Below, one piece after another: positions 30,338-39,180 of a stretch of 64,000 nucleotides of DNA. The position numbers and the translations under genes are program-made. The stretch is taken from the NCBI GenBank assembly GCA_965243025.1, contig CBDETY010000003.1, positions 3,200,001-3,264,000 on the forward strand. The letters are read 5' to 3'. The DNA is from Candidatus Latescibacterota bacterium (GTDB lineage: Bacteria > Latescibacterota > UBA2968 > UBA8231). Under the pieces are notes generated by a model. It ran no database searches, had not been told where the DNA came from, and saw only the letters and a program-made list of their open reading frames with translations. Each line of letters opens with the position of its first letter. Position 1 is the first letter of the stretch.

Positions 30338-30554
30338 TGGTCTCCCTTTGGGTGTTGCGCCCTTGATTACAGGTTGCCTACGCTAAACGGCCGGTGAAAG
30401 TCGCCCTGCGGGCGAGGCCGGGCAACAGCAGCCGGCCCCCCGTGCCGTCCGTTTCGAAGAGGCGGACAGGGGCCGGACGCCGGCGGGATTTGAGTCCGAC
30501 TCACTTGCCGGGCCCGCGCAATCCCGCCACTCAACCCGAACCGAGGATGACGAC

Positions 30555-31646
30555 ATGACCGCCGAAACCCGCGGCACCGCTTTCGTATACGCCGGCACCT
30601 ACACCAACGGCGACGACGGCATCTTCCGCTATCGCATGGACCTCGAGACCGGCGCCCTCGAGCCCGCCGGAACCACCCCGGCCCACAACCCGTTCTTTCT
30701 CCTTGTTGACCGGACCGGGAAGCTCCTCTACGCCACGGTCTCGCGGAACGGGGAGGAAGGAGACTTCACCGAGGGAGAGGTCGCGGCCTACGCCATCGAG
30801 CGGTCCGGCGAGCTTACCCTGCTCAACACCCAGCGCGCCCACGGCGCCTTCCCCTGCTACCTCGCGCTCGACCGGGGGCAGCGCCATCTGCTCGTCGGCA
30901 ACTACAACTCCGGCAGCGTCGCCGTGCTGCCGGTCGCCGAGGACGGGCGCCTCGGGGCGGCCACCGACGTCGTGCAGCACAGCGGCTCCAGCGTCAACGA
31001 GGAGCGCCAGGAGGGACCGCACGTTCACTCAATCGTTCTCGACCCGGCCGAGCGCTTCGCCTACGCCGCCGACCTCGGCATCGACAGGCACATGATCTAC
31101 GCCTTCGACGCCGGCGCCGGGAAGCTGAAGCCGGCGGCCCGGCCCTGGGTCGAAACCGCTCCCGGAGCCGGGCCGCGGCACTTCGCATTCCACCCGGACG
31201 GAGCGCGCGCCTACCTGCTGAACGAGCTCGACGGCACCCTCACCCTGTTCGACTACGACGCGGACAGCGGCGGGCTGAGCGAACGCCAGACGATCACCAC
31301 CCTGCCGGAGGATTTCACCGGCGAGAACTACGCCGCGGACCTCAGCATTCCGCCGCCGGGCGATTTCCTCTACTCCACCAACCGCGGCCACGACAGCATC
31401 GCCGTGTTCGCCGTCGACAGGGAGAGCGGGCTGCTGACCTTCGCCGCCCACGAGCCGGCGCAGGGGGGCTGGCCGTGGAACCTCGAGACCGACCCGGCGG
31501 GGCGGTTCATGCTGGCGGCGAACTACGAGAGCGACAGCGTCGCGGTGTGGCGGATCGATTCCGGAACCGGCAGGCTGATCCCGGCCGGGCACGGGGCCGA
31601 GGCCCCGAAGCCTACGGGTGTGGTCATGGCCCGGGCGGCAGGATAG
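30555..31646 (+). CDS. pgl: 6-phosphogluconolactonase (lactonase beta-propeller)
   Basis: YAGTYT, GNYNSGSV, RQEGPHVH, ADLGID, GAGPRHF, LNEL and STNRGHDSIAVF. Confidence 0.88.
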   Translation: MTAETRGTAFVYAGTYTNGDDGIFRYRMDLETGALEPAGTTPAHNPFFLLVDRTGKLLYATVSRNGEEGDFTEGEVAAYAIERSGELTLLNTQRAHGAFPCYLALDRGQRHLLVGNYNSGSVAVLPVAEDGRLGAATDVVQHSGSSVNEERQEGPHVHSIVLDPAERFAYAADLGIDRHMIYAFDAGAGKLKPAARPWVETAPGAGPRHFAFHPDGARAYLLNELDGTLTLFDYDADSGGLSERQTITTLPEDFTGENYAADLSIPPPGDFLYSTNRGHDSIAVFAVDRESGLLTFAAHEPAQGGWPWNLETDPAGRFMLAANYESDSVAVWRIDSGTGRLIPAGHGAEAPKPTGVVMARAAG

Positions 31647-31802
31647 GGCCGGCAACCTGTTTCAACTGAATACGGGACTTGCCCCAGAAACAGCCCAGGA
31701 TCTGGATTCTTTCTTCTGTATTTTGCCATGCCGCCTTGTTTGTTTCTTACCATACCCGAGAGTCAGGGGTCGGACATGCGTTTGAAACGGAGGAGGCAAC
31801 TG

Positions 31803-32720
31803 ATGAAGAATGGATATTCCGCCGCTCTGGTCCTGCTCATGGGGCTTGCCATCCCGGCCGGCGCCCACACCGGCGACCGCGTGTTCCCCATCCCCGAGCT
31901 GACCGATGAGATGCTGGAAGAGATCCGGCTCGACGATGGATCGATAGACGAGTGGTACGATCTTGTGGGCGAGCCGGTCATGACCCCGCTGGATTTCCAG
32001 GACCATCCCCGCGGCAACCGTCTGGCCGACCCGGCCGAACTGGATTTCCGCATCTGGCTGGCCTGGCACGACGACCCGGACCGGCTGTATGTCGCCTTCG
32101 TGTCGAGCGACGACGAGTATTCGAACTCACATGACTACGATGGAAAATCCCGGCTCCTCGAGCATGACAGCATCGCTCTGGCAATCGACGGAGACCACCG
32201 GGGCGGGCACGGAGGCGTCGACATTACGGCACCGGAAGACTGGGGGGATTTTCACGGGCAGGCACAGCTGTACGAGGCAGTTTCCCGTACTGTGACCGGT
32301 CTGCCGACCTTGAATGCCCCGGATATCCTCCGTCAGACGGGGAGTTTTTCCTGGACCGTCTCTCCTCCCTACGGAGACGGAGGAGGAGGTGTCGCCGGGG
32401 AAAACCCGACGGTCAGCGTGATCGAGCTGTACGTCACCCCTTACGACTTCTGGGAGGGATGGGACAGCGGGCCGGGGGAGACCGCTTTCAGCGATCTTGC
32501 CGCGGGAAAGGGAATCGGGTTTGCGGTCATGGTGTACGACTGGGACGAGACAACCGGCTCGTGGGAATACTTTACGGCGATACAGACCGAACGGCCCTAT
32601 ACCGACATGGTCGACCTTCGGGCGGATGTCTTCCTCGATGGGCTGCTGCTGCCGGCCAACCCGGAAGGCACCGCGGTCGAGGGCAGTACGTGGGGACGCA
32701 TCAAGGCAACCCTGAGATAA
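31803..32720 (+). CDS. Secreted hypothetical protein (CBM9/DOMON-like) with C-terminal TWGRIK motif
   Basis: AGGAGG RBS; signal peptide; IRLDDGSIDEW, LAWHDDPDRLYVA and IGFAVMVYDWD; ends TAVEGSTWGRIKATLR. Confidence 0.72.
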   Translation: MKNGYSAALVLLMGLAIPAGAHTGDRVFPIPELTDEMLEEIRLDDGSIDEWYDLVGEPVMTPLDFQDHPRGNRLADPAELDFRIWLAWHDDPDRLYVAFVSSDDEYSNSHDYDGKSRLLEHDSIALAIDGDHRGGHGGVDITAPEDWGDFHGQAQLYEAVSRTVTGLPTLNAPDILRQTGSFSWTVSPPYGDGGGGVAGENPTVSVIELYVTPYDFWEGWDSGPGETAFSDLAAGKGIGFAVMVYDWDETTGSWEYFTAIQTERPYTDMVDLRADVFLDGLLLPANPEGTAVEGSTWGRIKATLR

Positions 32721-32758
32721 TTTATTTAGCCTGCGCTGCACGTTTTTGCCCAATCACT

Positions 32759-32777
32759 GGCATTCCTGAGGAATGCC
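32759..32777. terminator. Perfect palindrome between convergent genes (possible terminator or binding site)
   Basis: GGCATTCC-TGA-GGAATGCC; no clear U-tract. Confidence 0.35.
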
Positions 32778-32867
32778 GTCAAAAAGGCAGGTCAGACCGG
32801 AGCAGCCTGGGTTCTTCCTCGAACTTGACAAATCCGGCAATCTTTGGTGACGCCGGCCTTTTCGGTC

Positions 32868-33362
32868 TCAAATCGGAGCCTTCGGGGACACGCGGATTCC
32901 TGAGGCCACCATTTCGAATTTCGGGGCCTCCGCAAGCCCGGACCGCTGCGCGGAGGATTCCGCCTGATAATGCTCCTCCGCGCCCTGATCAGCCACCTGC
33001 AACAAGCCATGGACAGTGGCCAAACGCCCGCTGATCTCCTGCGGCACTGTATAGGCGTAACTCCCGTCCTCATGGCGCGCTACGTGCACGCGCAATCCCG
33101 CTTCGGTATCCAAGGCGCGCAGCACGAACCAGCAGCCCGCCTTTTGGCATACCTCATGGACGGTACCCGTAACGGTAACCGGCTGGTCCAGATACCATTC
33201 GGGCTCAGCCAGGACAGCCTCTACCGGCAAGGCTTCCTGCGGCATGCCGGCTTTCCCGAAGAGATCGTCCTCCGGTGTGTCCAGCCGTGCGCAAGCCGCG
33301 CACACCAACAGAAGCACGAGGCTCGCCCAACGCATGGTTTGTATTGCAGCAGCGTTTTTCAT
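32868..33362 (-). CDS. DUF4920-like OB-fold lipoprotein
   Basis: Lipobox-like CAAC; VTVTGTVHEVCQKAGCW; ends ASGIRV. Confidence 0.7.
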   Translation of the reverse strand: MKNAAAIQTMRWASLVLLLVCAACARLDTPEDDLFGKAGMPQEALPVEAVLAEPEWYLDQPVTVTGTVHEVCQKAGCWFVLRALDTEAGLRVHVARHEDGSYAYTVPQEISGRLATVHGLLQVADQGAEEHYQAESSAQRSGLAEAPKFEMVASGIRVSPKAPI

Positions 33363-33594
33363 GATTTCAGGCGGCGCAAGCCGTCCGGCGTCGTTTCAAT
33401 AATCTCCAAAAATCAGCCCTCTTCCAACATGTCGCCGGCGCGGGTGGAGTCCCGCAGCCTGTCCCGGAGCTTCTGAATTCGCTGCGGCGGGGTTGGAAGT
33501 CCCAACAGGGGACGCCGGGCCTGGACCGATCCGGAGTCGGCACCGGCGGTCGGGTGGGCGCCGAGACAGCGCCGATGCTGACGGAAACCGAACA

Positions 33595-34203
33595 GTGATC
33601 CAGGACCCTGAGACACCTCCCCGGGCCCCCGGCCTCGACGACGTCCGCCGGGCTCTCGGCAGCCGGCGCCCAAAAACCGTGCCCGGGTGCCGCGCCGCGG
33701 TGGCCGTGGTCTGCTGCGAGCGCGACGGCGCGCTGCACCTGCTGTTCATCAAGAGAGCGGAAAGAACCGGCGATCCCTGGTCCGGGCACCTCGCCTTTCC
33801 CGGGGGGCGCCTCGAGGCGGTCGACCCCGGGCCCCGGGCCGCTGCCGAACGGGAGACCCGGGAGGAGGTCGGCCTCGACCTGGGCCCGGAGGAGTACCTG
33901 GGGCGCCTCGACGATCTCGCCACGGTGACCACCTCCATGCGGGTCGCCGCTTTCGTGTACGGAATCGCCGGACCGCGGCCGCTGCGGATCGGCGACGAGG
34001 TGGAGGAGGCGTTCTGGTATCCGTTGGCGGAGCTGCTCGACCCGGAGCGGCAGGCGCTGCGGGAGTTCGAGCACCGCGGCGAGCGTGACTTCTGGCCGAG
34101 CATCGACCTGCGGCGCCCGGGCAGTCCCTTCCTGTGGGGGGTGACCTACCGCTTCGTCGGGCACCTGGCGGAACTGCTCGGAAGTCCCTTGCCCGGGGCC
34201 TGA
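33595..34203 (+). CDS. NUDIX hydrolase, CoA pyrophosphatase family
   Basis: AAVAV, KRA...DPWSGHLAFPGG, AAERETREEVGL and LWGVT. Confidence 0.88.
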   Translation: MIQDPETPPRAPGLDDVRRALGSRRPKTVPGCRAAVAVVCCERDGALHLLFIKRAERTGDPWSGHLAFPGGRLEAVDPGPRAAAERETREEVGLDLGPEEYLGRLDDLATVTTSMRVAAFVYGIAGPRPLRIGDEVEEAFWYPLAELLDPERQALREFEHRGERDFWPSIDLRRPGSPFLWGVTYRFVGHLAELLGSPLPGA

Positions 34204-34300
34204 ATGTCTGCGCGCGATTCGGCGGGAACCGAGCGGCCCTGAAATCCGGCCGCTTTGCCCTCTCCCCCCGCGACCCGGGGCCCCCTGCCCGGGGCCTGAC

Positions 34301-34939
34301 CTACTCGACGGCGACCTCCTGAACCAGCAGGTACTGACCCGGCAGCAGCCGGCCCGTGACCTCCACCGGCCTGAAGTGGGAGCCGCTCCCGAGAAAGGCC
34401 TCGTTTCCGGAGCCGAACTGCAGGTAGTGGTAGATGCGGCCGTCCCCGGTCTCGAGGTGGTGCAGGTGGCCGAGTTGGCAGGAGTGCGGCAGGTCGACGA
34501 CGTCGAGGCCGCACTGGCACTTGTTCACCCCGGCGAGAGTGACCTGCTCCCCGGGGTCGTTGCGGAAGGCGGAGAAGTCGATCAGCGGCACCGTGGTCAC
34601 CGGCTTCAGGGAGTCGGCGTGAACCAGGGCTCCCCGCTCGAGCAGCCTGCCCCACACCCGCACCACCGAGCCGGGCCCGGTTTCCTTCAGGGCGCTCGCG
34701 TTTTCGGGGGTTTCGAGGAAGGCGTACACCCCCTCCTCGGTCACCAGGGCGCGGCCGGCGATCTCCTGCTCCGCCTGCAATTCCGCGGGGGCGCCGCTCT
34801 CCGATGCCGCGGTGAAGAAGCTGTTGATGTCGACGATGACGCCGTGTCCCTGGAACGGGGCGCTCTGCTCTGCCTGCTTCTGGCCGGCCCACGCGGCGGT
34901 GGCCGCGGCGACCAGCAGTATCTGTGTTGCCGTTCTCAT
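34301..34939 (-). CDS. Secreted hypothetical protein with two OB-like halves and a Cys/His cluster
   Basis: GGAG RBS; signal peptide ending AWA; repeated VRVWGRLL and VEVTGRLL; KCQC...HSCQLGHLHH. Confidence 0.7.
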   Translation of the reverse strand: MRTATQILLVAAATAAWAGQKQAEQSAPFQGHGVIVDINSFFTAASESGAPAELQAEQEIAGRALVTEEGVYAFLETPENASALKETGPGSVVRVWGRLLERGALVHADSLKPVTTVPLIDFSAFRNDPGEQVTLAGVNKCQCGLDVVDLPHSCQLGHLHHLETGDGRIYHYLQFGSGNEAFLGSGSHFRPVEVTGRLLPGQYLLVQEVAVE

Positions 34940-35106
34940 CGCTGTCTCCCCGGAATCAAGGTTTCGGTGTGACGGGTGCGCGGCACCTCCCGGCTCCACC
35001 GCCGGAGAGGGCCGCACGTGCATGGGTCAACTCGATTGCGGACGGTCGCGGTGTTGGCCAGGCTCCGGGGCCTGCGCTTCAACAGCCGCCGAACCGGCCA
35101 TTGCCC

Positions 35107-35907
35107 TCAGTCGTAGTTGCTCCGCTTGTGATCCCCCATGAGGCGCCGCTGCCGCGGCGTCGCCCTGGCGAGGATGTCGGGATCGAACCGGAAGCGGTTG
35201 AGGTAGGGCGGGTATTTCTGGGTGATGATGCGCTGCGCGTAGTGCACCTGCAGCAGGTAACGCACCTGATTGCTGGTGTTGGCGGTGCCCTGGTGCCAGA
35301 CCTCGCTGCGGAAGATCACCACGTCCCCCGCCTTGCAGAAAATCCCCTTCGGCGGAGACCCCTTGTACCCGGTGTCCCCGTCCGGAGGCCGTCCGGCGCG
35401 GTGGCTGCCGGGGACGAAGGCGGTCGGGCCGAGCTCCTCGTAGAGGTCGTCGAGGTAGTAATGGGCGGTGGTGATGTACACCGGGATGCGCAGGCGGGGA
35501 TCGGCCATCAGGTCTTCGGGTACCGTCAGGGGCTGCCAGTCGGCGTGAAGCTTCTGCTCTGGCCGCCCCGGGCCGGTCAGCCAGGCCGTCATGCCGATGC
35601 AGTGGCAGTCGGGGCCGTGCAGGGCCTCGGCCAGCTCGATGACCCGCGGGCGGTCGAGGTAGCCGGTGAACAGGGGGTCGCGGTTGAAGGCGTTGTTGAT
35701 GGACTTGCTGAAGAAGCCGCCCCGTTCCGGGGTTTTTGTGCGGTCGTAGCTCTCCGGGATCGCCTCCAGGGCGTCCATGGCCTGCCGCAGCCGCTGGACT
35801 TCCCCGGCGTCGATGACCCCGGGCAGATAGGCGTAGCCGTCGCGGTGCACGGCTTCGGCCTGCTCCTCCAACCTGTCATGGGCTACCAGCGGAATCGGCT
35901 CGAGCAT
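35107..35907 (-). CDS. Phytanoyl-CoA dioxygenase (PhyH) family protein
   Basis: DGYAYLPG, LHADW, GPTAFVPGSH and EVWHQG. Confidence 0.88.
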   Translation of the reverse strand: MLEPIPLVAHDRLEEQAEAVHRDGYAYLPGVIDAGEVQRLRQAMDALEAIPESYDRTKTPERGGFFSKSINNAFNRDPLFTGYLDRPRVIELAEALHGPDCHCIGMTAWLTGPGRPEQKLHADWQPLTVPEDLMADPRLRIPVYITTAHYYLDDLYEELGPTAFVPGSHRAGRPPDGDTGYKGSPPKGIFCKAGDVVIFRSEVWHQGTANTSNQVRYLLQVHYAQRIITQKYPPYLNRFRFDPDILARATPRQRRLMGDHKRSNYD

Positions 35908-35912
35908 GTCCC

Positions 35913-36998
35913 TCACCCCCTTTCCCTGGCGAGGATCCGCTCCGTCTGCCAGGGTCTTCTTTCCCCGTAGTACTCGTGCCGGGGACGCCGCGGTCCCGTC
36001 TCCGCAAGCTGCCTGCCGTACACGGCGAGGCCGGTGAGGCCGTTCCCGGTCCGCAGGCGCCGCGGCAGCACCGCCTCGAGCTCGAACCCGGCCTGCTCCA
36101 GGGCCTGCCCGGCATCCCCGTCCCCTTCGGCGGCGTAGGCCTGCAGGACGCAGACGCCGATCCGGTGGGCGCGGGAAGCGGCTGCGTCGAGCAGCTCGCC
36201 GGTCTGGTCCGCGTACTCCGGGGCGACGCGGAAGCTGAGCTGGGCGACGTGCTGCTGGTGGAACGTCGGCAGGCGCTCGGCGATGGCGCAGCCGACCACT
36301 CTCCGGCGCGGGTTCTCCAGCACCACGATGAGGCCCCGGTCCTCCTCGACGCGGCGCATCAGCCGCATGAAGTGACCTTCGAAACGGGTTCCGCGGAAGC
36401 AGTGGCTCAGGTACTCCTTGATCTCCCAGGCAGGCTGCGGGTGGCAGAACAGCACCGAGGCGCCCGGAAGGTCCCCCCAGTGCGCCTCGCGGACCGAGGC
36501 ATCCCCGGCGCGGGCAAGGTACCCGGCGTCGAAGTCGCCGGCCGCCTCCGACAGGCAGCGCATGCCGTCTCCGACGAAGTAGTCGAAGCCGCAGCTCTCG
36601 TACAGCCGCCCGGCCCCGGGACCGGTGGTGCAGAGGTACAGGGCGAGCCCGCCGTTGGCTTCGAAACGGGCGGTCAGCTGCCGCAGCAGGGCGGTGCCGA
36701 CCCCCTTGCGGCGGTGTTCCTCCGCGGTGTAGACGAACTCCACGAGGCCGACCTCGGGGTTTCGCGCCGGGATCAGGCAGGTCATGTACCCGGCGACCTC
36801 GCCGTCGATCTCGCCGATGTAGTATGGGCTGCGGAGCCAGGGGGCGAAGGCGCCGGAGAGCAGGTCCTCCTCGACATGCTCCCACCAGCATGACACCTTG
36901 CCGGTCCAGGCGCCGAGGGGGGGATCCACCTCGCTGAGGAGGAGGGTCTCCCCAGACTTCAGCTTCGCTTCGATTGTTTCTGGGGCGTTGGTGGCGAT
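35913..36998 (-). CDS. Tandem GNAT N-acetyltransferase; start uncertain (ATC 36998 or GTG 36929)
   Basis: VYTAEEHRRKGVG acetyl-CoA motif and RLYESCGF, plus a second degenerate GNAT domain. The frame stays open and protein-like upstream of the GTG. Confidence 0.8.
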   Translation of the reverse strand: MATNAPETIEAKLKSGETLLLSEVDPPLGAWTGKVSCWWEHVEEDLLSGAFAPWLRSPYYIGEIDGEVAGYMTCLIPARNPEVGLVEFVYTAEEHRRKGVGTALLRQLTARFEANGGLALYLCTTGPGAGRLYESCGFDYFVGDGMRCLSEAAGDFDAGYLARAGDASVREAHWGDLPGASVLFCHPQPAWEIKEYLSHCFRGTRFEGHFMRLMRRVEEDRGLIVVLENPRRRVVGCAIAERLPTFHQQHVAQLSFRVAPEYADQTGELLDAAASRAHRIGVCVLQAYAAEGDGDAGQALEQAGFELEAVLPRRLRTGNGLTGLAVYGRQLAETGPRRPRHEYYGERRPWQTERILARERG

Positions 36999-37050
36999 GG
37001 CCCGGCTGCCGTGGAATATCCGTCCGCTGGAATGCGGAGTCGGGCCGGAT

Positions 37051-37080
37051 ATTCTAGCCTGTCCCCTCCGGGTTCGGCAA
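37051..37080 (-). promoter_or_regulatory. Putative sigma70 promoter for GNAT-phyH
   Basis: TTGCCG-N18-TAGAAT on the minus strand. Confidence 0.45.
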
Positions 37081-37113
37081 TGCCCCCCGGGAGAGACGGG
37101 TCCCGGAAAGCGG

Positions 37114-37488
37114 CTACGCCTGCGCCGCGGTCTCTCCTGTGCTCCGGTGGGCCAGAACCTTCAGGATGATCCATGCCGGCAGCGCGGCCAGGAGGGCGTA
37201 GGCGACGACGCCGATCGGGCCGAGCAGTCCTCCGACGATTGCGCCCCAGGCCGTCGCCGACCCCAGCACTGCGGCGCAGCCGGAAGCGAGGAGGGGGGAA
37301 TGGCGGTGCATCAGGCGCACCGCCCAGGTCAGCGGTATCGCGGCCGGCCAGGTCAGCGCGAACAGCCAGAAGATGTCCGTGGCGCCGGCGTGGACGATGC
37401 CTTCGGCGCCGAACCTGAACAGGGAGATGATCAGCACCAGCACCGGGAGCCAGAGGGAGGAAAGTATGGTGGCGACGGCTCCGTTCAT
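37114..37488 (-). CDS. Small four-TM membrane protein
   Basis: GGAGG RBS before ATG 37488; four hydrophobic segments. Confidence 0.7.
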   Translation of the reverse strand: MNGAVATILSSLWLPVLVLIISLFRFGAEGIVHAGATDIFWLFALTWPAAIPLTWAVRLMHRHSPLLASGCAAVLGSATAWGAIVGGLLGPIGVVAYALLAALPAWIILKVLAHRSTGETAAQA

Positions 37489-37673
37489 GTCGGATCCTCC
37501 GGTTTGGGTGAATATTGACGGAAGGGCCGTTCTTTTCAAACCCAAAGACCCATGAGCTTCCGCCCCGGTTCCGCGCGGGCAGCGGAACCTTCCCGGTTCC
37601 CGGAGGCGTCCTGTATGCAGGAGAGTTCCGGGCCAATCGGGCGATGCCGCCCTTTGATCCAGGAGGACAAGCC

Positions 37674-39128
37674 ATGCACACCGAGGAGTCCTTCCCTGCC
37701 GCAAGCCGGGCGGCCGTACCGTTGCTGATCCTCCTCATTGCCGCGGCCACCTCCGCTCAGGAAGAACCTTTTCCCATCTTTGTCCCCGAGGATGCTCCCG
37801 ACAGCCTCAATGTGGAACGCGTCGGCGAGATCGTCCTCGTCCCCCTTTCCCGGGAAGGGCAGTTCCCTTACGGGGCCGACCTCTATCTGGCGGGGGACCA
37901 CGCGCTGATGGGGGACTTCCGCGGCCTCGTCCACGTCGTCGACATCTCCGACCCTGCCGCCATGCGCAAGGCAGCCGAGGTCCCCACCCCCGGACCGGCG
38001 CTGGACATCAAGGTCTCGGGTGATCTGGCGGTAATCGGCGTTCAGGCGAACGAGGCCGACTTCGGTCTGCTGATTCTCGACATCTCCGATCCGGAAAACC
38101 CGGCCGAGCTCTCGCGGCTCGAGGAGCCCGGCTGGGGAGGGGTCCACAATCTCTTCATCCACGGCGACCGCCTCTATCTCGCCCACATGGCCAGTCCGGG
38201 CCTGAGCATCGTCGACATATCGGTTCCCGCGGCGCCCGTGGTTTCGGGTTTCTGGCAGCACGGGACCTTCAGCAACCTGGTACACGACATCTTCATCCGG
38301 GACAACCTCGCGGTCATCAGCGATTACGACTCCGGGCTGGTCCTCCTCGACCTCACCGACCCGGACGCCCCCGCCCTGCTGGCGGAGGTGCCTTTCCCCG
38401 AGGGCATCCACAGCGCCTGGGCCGAGGGGGGCTACGTCTACTGCAACCAGGAGTTCGGCGGCTGGGAGCGGCGCCTCCACGTCGTCGACATCGCCGACCC
38501 CCAGCAGCCGCGGGTGGTCCACTCTTTCGCCAGCCGGCCGCCCCCTCACCGGGACATCTTGGGCCCGCACAACCCCTGGGTCCGGGACGGGCTGCTCTAC
38601 TGGGCATACTACGACGCGGGGTTGCGGGTATTCGACCTCGGCGATCCGGCGCGGCCGGTGGAAGTCGGCTACCACACCTATCCGGGGTTCGCCTGGAGCG
38701 TGCAGCCGCACGACGACGGCCTGCTCTACGTCGCCGACGGCACCGTGGGCATCCAGGCCTACAGGTTCGACGACGAGGCCATATCCGGCACCACCCCGCC
38801 GATATCGACCGCGGTGGCCGGAGAGGAAGGGGAGGTTGACGGGCGGCGCTCTGCCTTCAATCTCGCGCAGAACTTCCCCAACCCCTTCAACCAGTCGACG
38901 GCAATCCGCGTCGACCTGGAAACCGGGGCCGAAATGGAGCTGGCGGTGTACAATTTGAACGGACAGAAGGCCGCAACGCTTGCCCGGGGGGCATACCCGG
39001 CGGGGACCCATTCCTTCACCTGGGATGGCCTCACTGCCCTTGGGAGGGAACTGGCTTCCGGCGTATATACCTGCCGGCTCAGCGCCGGCGGGCAGGTGCG
39101 GACGCGCAAACTGATCCTGCTTCGCTGA
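37674..39128 (+). CDS. Secreted LVIVD-repeat beta-propeller protein with FlgD/T9SS-like C-terminal domain
   Basis: AGGAGG RBS; signal peptide; about six (V/L)xxxDISDP repeats with His-rich VHN/VHD/IHS/PHN; tail LAQNFPNPFNQ...SGVY...RKLILLR. Confidence 0.85.
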   Translation: MHTEESFPAASRAAVPLLILLIAAATSAQEEPFPIFVPEDAPDSLNVERVGEIVLVPLSREGQFPYGADLYLAGDHALMGDFRGLVHVVDISDPAAMRKAAEVPTPGPALDIKVSGDLAVIGVQANEADFGLLILDISDPENPAELSRLEEPGWGGVHNLFIHGDRLYLAHMASPGLSIVDISVPAAPVVSGFWQHGTFSNLVHDIFIRDNLAVISDYDSGLVLLDLTDPDAPALLAEVPFPEGIHSAWAEGGYVYCNQEFGGWERRLHVVDIADPQQPRVVHSFASRPPPHRDILGPHNPWVRDGLLYWAYYDAGLRVFDLGDPARPVEVGYHTYPGFAWSVQPHDDGLLYVADGTVGIQAYRFDDEAISGTTPPISTAVAGEEGEVDGRRSAFNLAQNFPNPFNQSTAIRVDLETGAEMELAVYNLNGQKAATLARGAYPAGTHSFTWDGLTALGRELASGVYTCRLSAGGQVRTRKLILLR

Positions 39129-39180
39129 ACGCCGCTCCGACGAACAGCCCCCTCAAGGGCAACCTTCGGTGAGAGCCTCC

